Source: the human T2T-CHM13v2.0 reference genome, Homo sapiens | DNA: 64,000 bases | Reading direction: 5' to 3' (one strand) | Assembly (NCBI RefSeq): GCF_009914755.1 | Contig: NC_060945.1 | Part shown: positions 36,427 through 52,808 of the stretch, one piece after another | How the letters are laid out: each line of letters begins with the position of its first letter | Position numbering within the stretch: position 1 is the first letter of the stretch | Notes under the pieces: model-generated | Databases searched by the model: none | The model's input: only the letters and a program-made list of their open reading frames with translations | Told to the model about the DNA's origin: nothing | Translations under genes and position numbers: made by a program

Positions 36427-36720
36427 GGCCGGGTGCAGTGGCTCATGCTTGTAATCCCAGCACTTTGGGAGGCTGAGGTGGGTGGATCATTTGAGGTCAG
36501 GAGTTCCAGACCAGCCTGGCCAACATGGCAAAACTCCGGGTCTACTAAAAATACAAAAATTAGCTGGGCATGGTGGCGGGCACCTGTAATCTCAGCTACT
36601 CAGGAGGCTGAGGCATGAGAATCGCTTGAACCCGGGAGGTGGAGGTTGTAGTGAGCCGAGATCATGTCACTGTACTCCAGCCTGGGCAACAGAGCGAGAC
36701 TTCGTCTCAAACAACAACCA
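36427..36720 (+). mobile_element. Alu (S-like)
   Basis: Dimer, (CAA)n tail. Confidence 0.93.
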
Positions 36721-37335
36721 CCCCGCCCCCCACTGAAAAAAGTTAGAGAATATACATTCTTTCTAAGCAGATACAGAAAATATACAGATTTTGACCATGT
36801 ACTGGATATTTATATCATGAAGCTATTTATGTAAAGCTTAAAAACCCATAAAACTATACTATACCATATTCATGGATCTTCATAAAAAACATAAAATACA
36901 TGGGGGCAATAGATCCTACATTCAGGCTGTAGGTTTTTCTGCAGTTGGAAGGAGGAAAAGGGGATGGGGGAGGGACATATTAGGGGCCTCAGCGGTATAT
37001 GTAGTGCTTAAAACAACCTTAAATAAGAGATCAGCTTCCTGTCCTGATCCAGAAGGAGTCTAACCTCTAAGCCTCTCTCTCTCCCACTGATTATAACTAA
37101 AACTTTTAAAAGCAGAAAATACTTAAGACTTGGAAAAGTCATAGCATGCAGACTGAGGAAGGGAGTCAAAACTTGAAGAATGAATTGTTCAGAGCTGAAT
37201 TTCTCATTTTCCCCCATTCTATTTCCCAACTTTGATCTGAGGGCAGCCTAGTTGTGGACCTAAAATCCTGAGAAAAACCCTATATTTCTGGCCAGAGGAC
37301 TGAGAAAATGGATCCCTGGGAACTAGATAATAGGG

Positions 37336-37835
37336 CAGCAGTCCCCAACCTTTTTGGCACTGGGGACCAGTTTCATGGAAGAAAATTTGTCCATGGACCT
37401 GGGTAGGGGGATGGTTTCAGGATGATTCAAGTGCGTTACATTTATTGTGCCCTTTTATTTCTATTGTTATTACATTGTAACATATAATGAAGTAATTATG
37501 CAACTCACCATAAGGTAGAATCAGTGGGAGTGCTGAGCTCGTTTTCCTGCAACTAGACGGTCCCATCTGGGGGTGATGGGAGACAGTGACAGATCATCAG
37601 GCATTTGATTCTCATAAAGAGCATGCAACCTAGATCCCTTGCATGCACAGTTCACAACAGAGTTTGTGCTCCTATAAGAATCTGATGGCTCTGCTGATTT
37701 GACAGGGGATCAGGCAGTAATGGGAGAGATGGGGACTGGCTGTAAATACAGATAAAGCTTCACTCGCTTGCTTACAGCTCACCTTCTGTTGTGTAGACCT
37801 GTAATGGTCCATGGCCCAGGGACTGGGGGCTCCTG
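37336..37835 (+). mobile_element. MER1A hAT-Charlie DNA transposon
   Basis: CAGCAGTCCCCAACCTTTTTGGCAC...GGGGGCTCCTG terminal inverted repeats; degenerate 8-bp TSD TAATAGGG/GAGTAGGG. Confidence 0.85.
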
Positions 37836-37849
37836 GAGTAGGGGAAATG

Positions 37850-39710
37850 CTGGAGAAGAGGGATTCCTTAGTTCTGTGTATGGACCAACACAAATCTTGA
37901 GCTCAGCCTCAAGTTGTATATACCCAGGACAGACCTAAAAGTACTACTGCAAAGATTTTCACAACTGACCTGACACTAGAACCCTGCAAACAGAAGGCAA
38001 GACAGAACCTGTGATCTGAACACAACAGGGTTAATGGCCTGCTAAACAAATCGAAACCAACATTCTCTAGAAGTTTTACAAGGAGAATCTAGAATTTCAT
38101 GGAATAATATTAGAAATGTACAAGATACAATCCAAACTTACTTGACACATAAAGAACCAGGAAAATGTGATTATTTTTTAAAGGAAAAGGCAATCGATTA
38201 TGTTAATCCTGAGATGGCCCAGATGCTGAAGTTATCAGACAAATACTTTACTTGTTATAACCAAGCCCATGAGGTAAAGGTAAACACCTTAAAATGGAAA
38301 GAAAAAAGTGTTTGGCAAAGAAATAGAAACTATTATAAAAGAATACAATACAACTTTTGAAAATGAAAATTGTAATATCTGAAAAACAAAACTCATTGAA
38401 TGGGCTTAATAGCAGAATGGAGATGGCAGAGGAGTCAGTGAACTTGAAGATGTATCTATAAAAATTATCTGGTCTCAAGGACAGAGAGAAAAAATGATTG
38501 AAAAAAATTAATAGAATCTCAGTGGCCTGTGGTACAAGACCAAAAGGTCTGACATTCTTGTTCTTGTAGCACCAAAAGGAAAGAGAAAAGAGACTGGATT
38601 ATGAAAAAAATATATATTTGAAGAATTAATAGCTGAAAATGTCTTACATTTCGGAAAAACATACATTTGTAGATTTAAGAAGCTCAGCAAGTCTCAAACA
38701 GAATAAACCAAAAGGAAATCATGTCCAGATGCATCACACACTGTTGAAAACCAGATATAATTGAAAAATCTTGAAAGCAGCCAGAAATAAGTAACACATT
38801 ATATATAGGGGAACAAGGATTCATATGACTGAGTATTTCTCACCAGAAACCATGGAGGCTAGAAGACAGTAGAATAACATTTTTAAAGTGCTTAAAGAAA
38901 GGAGCTTTTAACCCAGAATTCTATATTCAGAAAAAATATCCTTCAGGAATGATGGTAAAATAAATACATTCTCAGATTAAGAAAAAGTGAGAGAATTCTT
39001 TGGTATTAAACCTGCTCTAAAATAAATGCTAAAGAGAGTCTTACAGGCTGAAGGTAAATGATACCAGAGGGAAACTTGAAACTTCAGGAATGAAGGAAGA
39101 GCAACAGAAATGGTAAATATTGAGCTAAATAAAATACCCTATTTTTATCCTTTTAAATTCTTTAAATATTTATGGCTGTTGAAGGCAAAAATCATAACAT
39201 TGGTGAGGTTCTCAATGTATATAGATATAAACATATGACAGGTATAACATAAAGGGGGAGGGTAAAAGTATGTATATGTTTGTCAGGCTCCTACATTTTA
39301 CTTTGAATTGGTAAAATAGTAACTTGAAGTAGACTGTAAAACACTAGGAATGCATATTGCAATATCTAGAACAGTCACTATACACACACACACACACACA
39401 AAGAGATATTGCCAAAAAAGGCAACAGATACATTAAAATGAAATACTAAAAACTTTAAGTAATTCAAAAGAAGGCAGGAACAATGGAACAGAACCAAAAC
39501 ACACAGAGGACAAACAGAAACCACATAATACAATAATAGACATAAATTCAACCATACCAATAATTACATTAAATGTAAATGAGCTAAACATACCACTAAA
39601 AAAACAGAGATTGTCAGATTGGATAAAAAAGAAGACTCAAATATAAGCTGTCTACAAAAAGCTAATTTAAATATGACATAGGTTAAAAAAGGAAACAATA
39701 TAAAGCAAAT
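37850..39710 (+). mobile_element. Old L1M 5' region/ORF1 remnant
   Basis: TTTGAAGAATTAATAGCTGAAAAT, GAAAGCAGCCAGA, CCCAGAATTCTATATTCAG, ATTACATTAAATGTAAATGAGCTAAA; likely extends left of MER1A to ~37200. Confidence 0.75.
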
Positions 39711-39839
39711 ATGATGAAATGATAGAACCAAGTGGTAGATACCTGTGAGTTAATTCTGTTACTTGCTATTATATTCTATATGTTTGAAATATTTATAATA
39801 ATAATAAAAGGTGATTGGATGATTTTTTACATAAATATT

Positions 39840-40620
39840 CTAGTCCTCTAGGGAGGAAAAAGGAAAGATTGGTTAATAGATACAAGTTACAGTAAGATGG
39901 GAGGGATAAGTTCTAGTGTTCTACGGCATTTTAGGGTGAATATGGTTAACAATAATTAAATGTACATGTTCAAAAAGCTGGAAGAGAGGTTTTTTTTTTT
40001 TTGAGATAGAGTCTTACCCTGTCACCCAGGCTGGAGTGAAGTGGAGTGATCTCAGCTTACTGCAACCTCTGCCTCCTGAGTTTAAGCAATTCTTGTGCCT
40101 CAGCCTCTTGTGCCTCTGCAGCTCTGTAGCGATTCTTTTTTTTTTTATTTTTTGAGACAGAGTCTTGCTCTGTTGCCCAGGCTGGAGTGCAGTGGCATGA
40201 TCTTGGCTCACTGCAATCTCCACCTCCTGGGTTCAAGAGATTCCCGTGTCTCAGCCTCCTGAGTAGCTGAGACTGCAGGCTTGCACCACCATGCCTGGCT
40301 AATTTTTTGTATTTCAATAGAGACAGGTTTCACCATGTTGGCCAGGATGGTCTTGATCTCCTGACCTTGTGAGCTCCTGACCTCGTGATCTCCCACCTCG
40401 GCCTCCCAAAGTGCTGGGATTATAGGCATGAGCCACTGTGCTCAGCCTAAAAGAGAGGATTTTGATTGTCTGCAACACAAAAAAATGATAAATGTTTGAG
40501 GTGATGGATATGCTAATTACCCTGATTGGATCATTATACATTGTACACATGTATCAAAATATCACTCTGTGTCCCATAAATATGTACAATTATTGCATAT
40601 CAACTAAAAATAAAAAGAAT
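39840..40620 (+). mobile_element. L1MA-type 3' end interrupted by composite Alu
   Basis: ATAAGTTCTAGTGTTCTA..ATGATAAATGTTTGAGGTGATGGATATGCTAATTACCCTGATT..CCATAAATATGTACAATTATT. Confidence 0.8.
39990..40447 (-). mobile_element. Composite Alu: partial right arm (39990-40107) plus full Alu (40135-40447)
   Basis: Two T-tails; shared outer direct repeat AAGAGAGG. Confidence 0.88.
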
Positions 40621-40704
40621 CAATGCCCTTTAGATGGGTATATGAGATCTTTAGATGCCTGGCTCCAGACTGATGTCTCATCTTTTTCCTTCTAGTCCCT
40701 GGTG

Positions 40705-40940
40705 TGGGGCCAGAGCTTAGGATCTGGAATCAGACTTCTTAAACCCAAATTCTACTTCTTACCTGGTAATCACGTCCAAAGGACTTTAACTTTCTTAAAC
40801 CTCAGAAGACTTCAACAGTAAAATAATTATAACATTGCCTAACTCTAAGGGTTTATTTTGAGGAATAAATGTAATATTGTACCTAAGTAATGGCAAAATG
40901 CTTGGCACATAGGACTTGTTTAACGAACATGAGCTGTTAT
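40705..40940 (+). mobile_element. MIR
   Basis: TCTGGAATCAGAC..GAGGAATAAATG..GCTTGGCACATAG. Confidence 0.5.
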
Positions 40941-41094
40941 TAGCTAGACTGATTCACCTGGCTGGAGTCACTGATTCCACTGTAGGTCATCCTAGTTCCC
41001 TGCCTTTTACTACCAACGAAACACAGATTGCAACACATTAATGGCTGGTGAAATCAATAGTTTATTGTGACCAGCATTAAAAAAAAAAATTGTA

Positions 41095-41504
<410 letters not shown>

Positions 41505-41699
41505 TTAGGATAATGATTGTTTCAGTGTGTGGGTATAAAACATATTTATTATTGTGGGTTTTGGCCAAAAGAAGCTTGAGAAACACGGGTTTCCATGATT
41601 CCTTTTGCCTGGAGTACTGAAGCTTAGTGCCGCCCTCCAATGGATTTTCAACAGCCTGTTGGAGCCCCACTTCCTTGAAAAGTTTTCACATGATTTTCT

Positions 41700-41940
41700 T
41701 TAGCCAGAGTGCAAAACCTGTGGAAGCCATGGGTACGTTTTAAACAAGGGAGTGATGAGATGTGATTTACATTCTAAGAACAGGCGCTCCTGTGAAGAGG
41801 AAGCCTCAGGAGGGAGTGAGAGCAGAAGGGAGCCCACCTGTGGTTGTCTCAGCAACAGCAGAAGAACCTGGGCCGCTGGGAGTGGAGTTGGAGAGAAACA
41901 GGTTGATTTGGAAGTTCTTCTGCAGGTAGAACGGAAAGGC
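41700..41940 (-). mobile_element. LINE-2 fragment
   Basis: GGAAGCCATGGG..TTTTAAACAAGGGAGTGATGAGATGTGATTTACATT. Confidence 0.5.
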
Positions 41941-42059
41941 GAATTCTGCAAGATGCTCTGGGGTCCACTGAGCTCAGCTGCTGAGGCTCAGCTCTTTCTG
42001 TGGCTTCTTCTTGAGCAGCCTGTTGACCAAGATGTGGCCCATGCCACTCCCTATATTCG

Positions 42060-43690
42060 GAGTCCATTTTCTGATGCCCTCTTTCAGCTCTTCGCCTGCA
42101 CTCATCTGTGACTGCCTGGTACTGCTAGGAAGCCTCTGTTTGTGTCTCATCTCTCCAGGTGGACTGGAGCTCCTGGGGGTCCTTTCCTTTGTGGGGGTTC
42201 TCAATATCAGAATGGAGTCGCTTATGTCAAACCCTAACAAAATGGAGGTGGAGGTCACGAATTGGAGCCTATATGCGTGCCTGTAACAGGACTTGTCACA
42301 AGGAATCCCTGCACATATGTGTATGATGGGGACTATGCCAGGAACTCCTCACATATGGAGGATTCGAGGTAAGCCATTTGCTCAAGGACACTTACCCAGC
42401 AATGGCAGCCTCCACTAATGAGACATCGCGAACTCCTGTAATCAATGGTCTTTGTTTCTAAACAGCTTATGTGGAATTCTCCGTTTTTTTGTCTGTAAAA
42501 GTTTTCTTTAGCCCCAGTCTCTTTGGATATGCCTATGATTCATCATAGCACATGTTTCCCAGGTTGCAATCCCCTGCAATTCCCAAATAAGCTCCTTTTG
42601 TGGAGATCCTGTCTCTCTCTGTCATTATTTAGGTTGACACCTTTTATGTCCTGCATTGCTGTTGATGACACCCACATTTGTACCTCCTGCTTGAATGTCC
42701 CCTCCCCCAACTCCAAAATTCCTCTCTCTGTCTACCCTGTACCTCTATTTGAACCACTAAGAGGCATCTCAGACTTAAAGTGTCCCAAACTGAGCCCCTG
42801 TGATGCCCCCAGAGCTGCTCCTCCCCACCACCTCCTCCTCAGCAATGGCAGCTTGATTCTTCTTTGGGCTTTATTCAGTCCCCCAACTTTGGAGCTTTCT
42901 TGACCCCTCTCTATTGCTCACATGCCATATTCAATGTGTAGGCAAATCCTTTGGCCCTGCCTTCCAAAGACATGCAGAATCTACTCACTTCTCGCCACCT
43001 CGCTGTCTCACTCTGCGTCAGGCCACCCTGTGTGTCCTTGCACAATTGCGGGAGCCTTGGCTCGAGTCCTCCAGACCTTCTACCTCTTTGACTTCATCTA
43101 GTGCTGCTCCAAGCCCCGTGCTCTTCCTTGGACACACCAGGCATGCTGCCAGCAGAGCCTTTGCATGTGCTGTTCCCTTTGTCGGGAAGCCTTTTCCCCA
43201 GCTATCTGCTCAGCTCATCCGCTGTCTCTTTCGTCCTCGCTCAGATTCCCCTTCTCTGTGAAGCCTTTCTGACCATCCTCATTAAAATCAAATAACCCCA
43301 CCCCTCCACTCTCTTGCCCATTTTCCTCATCCATTTCCCCCTAGGACTAATCACTCTCTAACATTCTCTATATATTTTTCTGATATATTTGTTTATATGT
43401 CTTGCATAAACAAAATGATTTGGTTTATGGTCTATCTCTTCTTGCTAGAATGTGAGCTCTACAAGGGTAGGGATGCTTGCTTATTTTGTCACCGTTGTGT
43501 CCCTGACTCCTAAAATGCTGACGGTGTGGCCAGCTGCATGCCCTGCTGTCTCTATTTTGAAACTCTAACAAAATTTTGGACAAGACCCTCCTCTTTCATT
43601 TTATGCTGGACCTGGAAAATTACAGAGCAGGTTCTGACTTCCAGGCACATGGTACGCATTCAATAAATAATCTCTTGAATGAATGTTGAA
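42060..43690 (+). mobile_element. LINE-2 fragment(s), interrupted by solo LTR
   Basis: GATGACACCCACATT, GGCATCTCAGACTTAA, CTTTGCATGTGCTGTTCCCT, CTAGAATGTGAGCTC, 3' end CAATAAATAATCTCTTGAATGAATG. Confidence 0.7.
42190..42639 (+). mobile_element. ERV1-class solo LTR (MER90/MER110/MER34-like; family uncertain) inside an L2
   Basis: TG...TTTAGGTTGACA termini, AATGGAGTC...AAAATGGAG motifs, 4-bp TSD CCTT on both sides. Confidence 0.7.
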
Positions 43691-44837
43691 TGTAGTGGTT
43701 TTCAAAGCAGATGGGAGATAAGAGGTTACTGAGTGGTTGACTGAATGGAGGGAGGGCTGATCATTCATTCATTCACGCATTCATTCATTCACTAACATTC
43801 AACAAATATTTACCTGACATCCTTAGGGATTAAATTTCTGTCCACTGATAGTGAACCTCATGCATCATGTTGCACAGTCCATAGATGTGAGGGATTTTAC
43901 GAACACAACACCCTGTGATGTAGGTATGATTGTCTCCACTTCCAGATGAGGATACTGAGAAGTTAAGGCATTGCCTGAGGTCATGTGGCTAGTGGAAGCC
44001 ACAGGCAGGATTATCCCATGGCTGGCCAGGCTGAGCTGTAGGGGCAGCTCCTGTACTCTCAGCCTCCTCCTTCAGAATCCCTCCTCCTCACTCCCCATTC
44101 GTGGGCTGCTTCTCCCAGGATCAGGCAGCCTCTGCCCACCTTTTCTCACTTCACCCTTTCTCCTTGCAGAATTAGAAAGAATCGGCTCCAGCTATTTGTT
44201 TCTTACTGTGGATTTATCCATGTGTCACCTCTCCCAGGCAGAATTACATTCTGAAGGCATCTCTAATTGAGATTGCTCCATGGGGAAGGACTCTTAGGGC
44301 TCAGAAAGCAGGTGGTAAAGCCCTGGAGTGAGGCAGGAACCCCAAAGCCCTATGACACCCCATATAGGTACCCCCAAACCTGCCTATACTTCAGGCCAGG
44401 CCCCCAGTATAGAGATGGAAAAATAGTCCCACTTTTGGTCACAGATTCTGGAAAACTGTGAGATTCTGGGGAAATCCATTTTGAGTAATACCTTTTAGAA
44501 GAAGAAAAAAATGGAAGTAGCTTATCATAGAATGGGTTTTGTTAGACAAAGATGGCAATTCAGGAGGAAACATAAATTTAACAACTCTCAAGTATGCACA
44601 GCTGACATCTCGTAGAGCGGGGCTGGTGACTAAGCCAGAAGTTACTGTCTGCATCCTTTGTAACTTACAAATAAAAATGAGGACCAGACATTAGTTATGA
44701 AATGCATGAACAACCACTGCTCTGGGAGCCACATAAAAAGATGGTGATTCCAAACATTTAACCTTAGCATTTGTCTGTGTGGTTTCATTTGAAAATGATG
44801 GGGTGCTTGAAACTCTCAGAACTTAGAAAACTCTTAA

Positions 44838-45140
<303 letters not shown>

Positions 45141-45263
45141 TAACAAATATAAGAAATAGATAAAAATATAATACATAATGAATATAATAAACAAATATAA
45201 TAAATATACAAATATATAAATATTGTATTCTATATGTAAACTCATGTATTTTATATATGAATA

Positions 45264-46034
45264 TATTATATGCATAACATAATATATTGTGTGTGTATTA
45301 TGTGCATAACATAATATATTGTGTGTGTATTATGTGCGTAACATAATATATTGTGTGTATTATGTGCGTAACATAATATATTGTGTGTGTATTATGTGCG
45401 TAGCATAATATATTGTGTGTGTATTATGTGCGTAGCATAATATATTGTGTGTATTTGTGCGTAACATAATATATTGTGTGTGTATTATGTGCGTAACATA
45501 TTGTGTGTGTATTATGTGCGTAACATAATATATTGTGTGTATTATGTGCGTAACATAATATATTGTGTGTGTATTATGTGCGTAACATAATATATTGTGT
45601 GTGTATTATGTGCGTAACATAATATGTTGTGTGTATTATGTGCGTAACATAATATATTGTGTGTATGTGTGTAACATAATATATTGTGTGTATATTATGT
45701 GTGTAACAATATGTTGTCTGTATATTATGTGTGTAACATAATATATTGTGTGTCTATTATGTGTGTAACATAATATATTGTGTGTCTATTATGTGTGTAA
45801 CATAATATATTGTGTGTCTATTATGTGTGTAACATAATATATTGTGTGTCTATTATGTGTGTAACATAATATATTGTGTGTCTATTATGTGTGTAACATA
45901 ATATATTGTGTGTCTATTATGTGTGTAACATAATATATTGTGTGTCTATTATGTGTGTAACATAATATATTGTGTGTCTATTATGTGTGTAACATATATT
46001 GTGTGTCTATTATGTGTGTAACATAATATATTGT
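45264..46034. repeat. 32-bp AT-rich minisatellite, ~24 copies
   Basis: Unit TATTATGTG(C/T)GTAACATAATATATTGTGTGT(G/C); period 32 (e.g. 45723 to 45755). Confidence 0.95.
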
Positions 46035-46156
46035 ATATACATTTGAAAATATTGTATATATAAAGTATATAACATAAAAATCAGAAATAAACATAAGGAA
46101 TGTAAGTATTGAAATTACATTGTGAGCTTGCTTTTTGTACTCAGACCTTCCCCACA

Positions 46157-46535
46157 GTGTTAGGATGGTTTCATTGGCAAATAAAAGAAACTGAACCCAA
46201 CCCAGCTTAGGACTTCAGGAAAATTGATTGAATGATTGCTTGATTGCTTCTATGATTGAAAACGCTGCCTCACCTCCAGGCCTCCCTGGCTTGATGCCCA
46301 GAGGGGCAAAAGGAGCTTCTCTTTTCTCCCAGCAGTCACATGTCAAATCCTAGATGAGCTCAGGCTGGCCTTACTTGGACACACGCCCCTCCCTTGGGCC
46401 TTTGACTTAGCAGGAAGGATGGGGGGCTAATTAGCCAGAACTTGAGGGGGCCAGACACTGTGACTGAACCCCCAGAATCAATACCATCAGCTTTGGGGAG
46501 AAGCAGCTCCCAGGAAAAAGAAACAGTAATTGCCT
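46157..46535 (-). mobile_element. Old MaLR LTR remnant (MLT1K/L-like)
   Basis: GTTAGGAT..TTGGCAAATAAAAGAAAC..CCCAGCTTA start; heavily diverged. Confidence 0.4.
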
Positions 46536-47606
46536 ATAATCTTGCTTTTCTTTCCATGCTGACAAGAGACATTTTCCCTGAGACTGACAGAAAGCGCTGT
46601 GTTATAAAGAACTAGTCCTTTCTCTTAGCTGTTTTCATAATTCCAGGTGTTTTCTGTTCCAGTCAAAAGACTCGAGAAAAGAAAAATTTCCCAAGAGAGA
46701 GGATCAACTTCTTCTTTATTTTGGGAACAGTAGCTAAAATGTGGTCTCTGGACCCAGGCTAACCTAGATTTCAACACTGCATCTCCTGTGGAGTGTAGGA
46801 ACTTGGGAATTTAGGTCCAGTTGGCCTTCACTTTCCCTGTTTGCAAAACAGAGATAAAATTATACCCCTCTTAGTTTTATGGTAAGGATTAGATAAAATA
46901 ACACGTATTACCAAATAGCACAGTTCTTGGTAGATTTTCTTTTATTTACTTTCTCCTTCAAATACCCACTGGGTAATTTTTTACCCCTCGAGAAGCCTTG
47001 GAAAAGCAGTGATACTGGATGCATTCCCTTATCTTATCACTTGTCACATTCATTATGCTGAAATCATTCATTTAAGTGTGACTCTCTCTTTTATTTTCCA
47101 TCAGGCGGCAGGTTCCTTGAGATCCAGGGCCATGTGTTATCCGTTTTGATGTCCCCAGTGTCAGACTTAATGCCTGGGAACACAATAGGAATTCAACCAA
47201 TGTGGAGCTGCTGAACTATTGAACCACCAGATAGAGCTTTTGAGGGTGACCGATCGTTATTGCCTTTAGAAAAGCAAGATTGGTGGGTTACACCCACACA
47301 GAGCCAAGTTAGACTATTTTCTGGAATTTGTTTAACCCAGGGTATGTATTTACCTGGACCACAAAGAGAATGTTGATGTGACCAAGTCATCTTATAGGGG
47401 AATGGCAAGGAAGGGAAGAGGCAACAGGGAGTTACATGGCTGGGTTGGAATCTTAACTCTCCCGCCTACTTGCTTGTGGAATCTGAAGCAAGTTTTTTCA
47501 TCTATTTCTACCTCAGTTTTCTGATTTTTAAAATGGTACAATAATACCAACTACATGGGACTATTGGGATAATTAAATGAGACAATGTATTTAAAAAGCC
47601 ACTGCA

Positions 47607-48423
<817 letters not shown>

Positions 48424-50738
48424 AGCCACTTAGGACCTCACGAAAAAAGGCAAGAGTGATAGTTACCTCTCAAAAGGGCTCTTTGCTGGGTTCCCTTGGC
48501 AGCAAGTGCATAGTACAAAGTCTAACTCCCCATGAACCAGAAGGGAATTCAGGAAATGATTCAGGCTCCCTGGCTGACTCAAACACTCAGGATCCTGGAG
48601 AGAAAAGTAGCCATACACCCATTTGGGGCTTGGGGTTTAGTTTATAATAATAATAATGACTTTGGCACAGAAAACTTCCTGAGGGTTAATGAATGACTGG
48701 CTTGGATTAATAGCCCAAATCACTGCTGAAATCTATCAACTCCTTCCAGCTTCATATTAATCTACAGGAAATTCTTTGTATACCGAGCTATTACAGCTTC
48801 AATCTCACAAAATAAAAATGAATGGATGTTTCATTAGAACTTGGAAAAAAACTTGATCACCATTGTGGGTGGCCACCATGCTGTTATTATTTTTTTTCCA
48901 GGCACATTTCCTGCATTTCCTCCGGTTCTCTTTCTGGCTTCAATTTGCTGCAGTGGCAACAGCAGCAGCTGGCCCTCTAGACTAACATCTCCTTGCTATT
49001 TATAATACACTTTGCAATGCTCATTATTTCTTAACTTTGTCTTCCCAGATAGACTGGGAGCTCCATGAGGTCCGAGACAACCTGAAGACGCCCAGCTCAG
49101 CAGAGACTGGCTACGGCAATCACTCAGTAACTATTTGTTGAATTGGACATAATAGAAGAGCTGAAGAATTTTAAACAAGTCACCATCAGTGCAGTGGATT
49201 CCTCAAAGCAAACCTGGAAATCTCGGCATGAGTTGGATTTAAGGCAGTACATTTTCAGCTCCTGAAAATTTGAACAGTTTCTCAAGAGAACAACTTGAAA
49301 CAGAAAGGCAAGGATGTAGATGTGGTTGTAGAAGATGATGTCTGCGGCCACCAAACTGTCCACTGTGAAGACAAACCATGCATGTTTAGTAGGCAGTGGC
49401 TCCTCTTCCCTGTGGGGAGTCCCACTGCTTCCCTGGCCTGGGTGTTCTCTGCCGGTAGATGTTATTGACAAAATAAGCAAAGTCCTCTGATTCTGAGAAT
49501 TAGAGTTAATGATAGCTCTAGATTGCCTCTGCCATGCTATTTAAAGTCCTGCTTTATTGTCTGACATGAGTTCGGCATCTATGAGGACTTGTCCAGTGCA
49601 AAGTACAATCTCCACTGAAAGATATCACCAGCACATCTTGTCACTGTGCTGTAGCAAGCTGGGCAGTACAATGATGTTGGCAGGATCCTGTTTAGGTGGA
49701 GGATGGCCACCTGGGCATCAAGAATCTTCTACCCTGATTCCACATTGACTCCCCAAAGTGGGCTTCAGACAGCTCTTTACTTACGTCTTCTGATTAAAGC
49801 AGCAGACAGGGTCCCAGCTAGAGAAAAGTTCTGGGAGCAGGAGAGGTGTTGGTGGCTTTAAAACCAGGGGTGAAGATTGAATTAGGAGGTTAGGCAGGAG
49901 TAGGATCAAAGACTTAGAAAATGCTTGTTTCCTCCTATTATTCTTATGAGAGCTGATACGGGGCTTTCAGTTTTGGGGGAGAGCCTTGGAAGAGAATGAG
50001 GGAATTTAATCAACTAGCGGGACCTTTCCAACTTACATTTCCCAGTGTTTGTTGGATGATACGTTTGCCTAATAAGTTAAAGCTTCCAAAAATAGAAAGT
50101 AAAGCTTGGTGACACTAAGCTCTGGCATGCTGTCATCTTCTGGCTAGGGGTCTTGTGCTTCTGTTTTTCTATTTCTGACCAAAGACATAAAATGTGTTGT
50201 GACCTCTCAGGTAATGCTGTGGTATCATGTCCAAGCAGTAACTAACCAGAGTGGAGTTTTTACAGGTAAAAAAGTATTGAATAGCTCAGCAACAGGGAGG
50301 ACTTAATGATAAATTGCTTTTTCAGAAAATGACAAGGGGACAGACACTTGCGGTTCTTCCATTGAGAGCCTTAAGGAAGTTAAGCGAAGCCTCTGCTCAC
50401 CCCTTCAAGTAACGATGACCCATCAGATCGTGGTCATAACCAGTAGCATCTGAGGCACCCCTAAGCTCTCTGGGCCCCAGATTCCTTGTTAAGTTAAATG
50501 AGGTGACTTCCCAGTTTACCATTCTAGGGGTTCCTGAGGAGTTAAAAATGAAGGAGAAAATGCAACATGTACCAAGTGAGCAAGAGCTCAAGGCTTATCT
50601 CTGGCACGAAAGTGACCGCTGTCCGTTAGAGATGTGATTGCCCTAGATTTCCTTTAGGAAATGCAAACATTGAACTCTGGCCTTCAGGACCCAAGTCCCG
50701 GCTTGCATCTATTCTATACACTTTCTGTTATTTGTTAG

Positions 50739-51069
<331 letters not shown>

Positions 51070-51322
51070 CATTTGTTTTCTTTCAAACCCTTCTGTAAGA
51101 CCAGTGCTTTAGGTGAACACGTGGACAGAACAAGATCATCACTATTTTGCAATATGAAGACCAACTGCGCTGTGACCAGAAAAACAGAGGCAAAATGTTG
51201 AGCTTAATGATACCTTTTTATAATTTGTATTTGGTGTTTCTCAATTTTCCATTGGATAGTTTGAGAGATAAGTACAAGTCAATGACATGTTCTCTTTCGT
51301 ACCCTATTGTCTAATCCTGCTA

Positions 51323-51344
51323 ACACACACACACACACACACAC
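51323..51344. repeat. (AC)n microsatellite
   Basis: Direct reading. Confidence 0.9.
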
Positions 51345-51525
51345 TGATTACCTAATTTATCTGTTCCCCGATTATTACACTCTCAATTGCTGCAGAGTCT
51401 CAGAAGCAGCATGGTGTAACAGAAAGAATATGAGGCTTAGAATCCAAAAGCCAGAGTGTGAATTCCAGCTCCACTGACTTGCTGCGTGACTTGAAGCAAG
51501 TCATTACGTGTCTCTGTTTACTCAT

Positions 51526-52384
<859 letters not shown>

Positions 52385-52626
52385 TAAAATTTGTGAAGAG
52401 GCACATAATGAAAGCCCATACATGTCACTGAGTTCAGAGGAGGGTGGGTCTGACCTCCCATTGGCTGGTCTCTGCCTGATGGACATCGTGAAGAAGAGAG
52501 CCAGGACTAGTGTGGCTGGGGGATGTTCAGGGGCCAGAGTGGCTTCAGGTGCCAGCAGCCCTGGCCGAAGGATGACTCCAGGAGCAAGGCTCAGAGCCGA
52601 GTGGAAGAAGCTTCATAAACGCAACT

Positions 52627-52782
52627 GAGCCAAGCATGATGGGATGTGCCTGTGGTTCCAGCTACTCAGGAGGCAGGTGGGAGGATGGCTTGAGTCAGAA
52701 GTTCGAGGCTGCAGTGAGCTATGATCACACTACTGTACTCCAGCCTGGGTGACAGAATGACACCCTGTCTCTAAAAAGAAAA
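52627..52782 (+). mobile_element. Alu right-arm monomer
   Basis: CCAGCTACTCAGGAGG..GGCTGCAGTGAGC..CCAGCCTGGGTGACAG. Confidence 0.85.
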
Positions 52783-52808
52783 GGCACCTGGATGCTCATG
52801 ACCGAGAT

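Noticed and set aside
45264-46034. Regularly spaced 32-bp repeats as a CRISPR-like array
   Set aside because: Head-to-tail units with no unique spacers, no cas genes, primate context: a minisatellite
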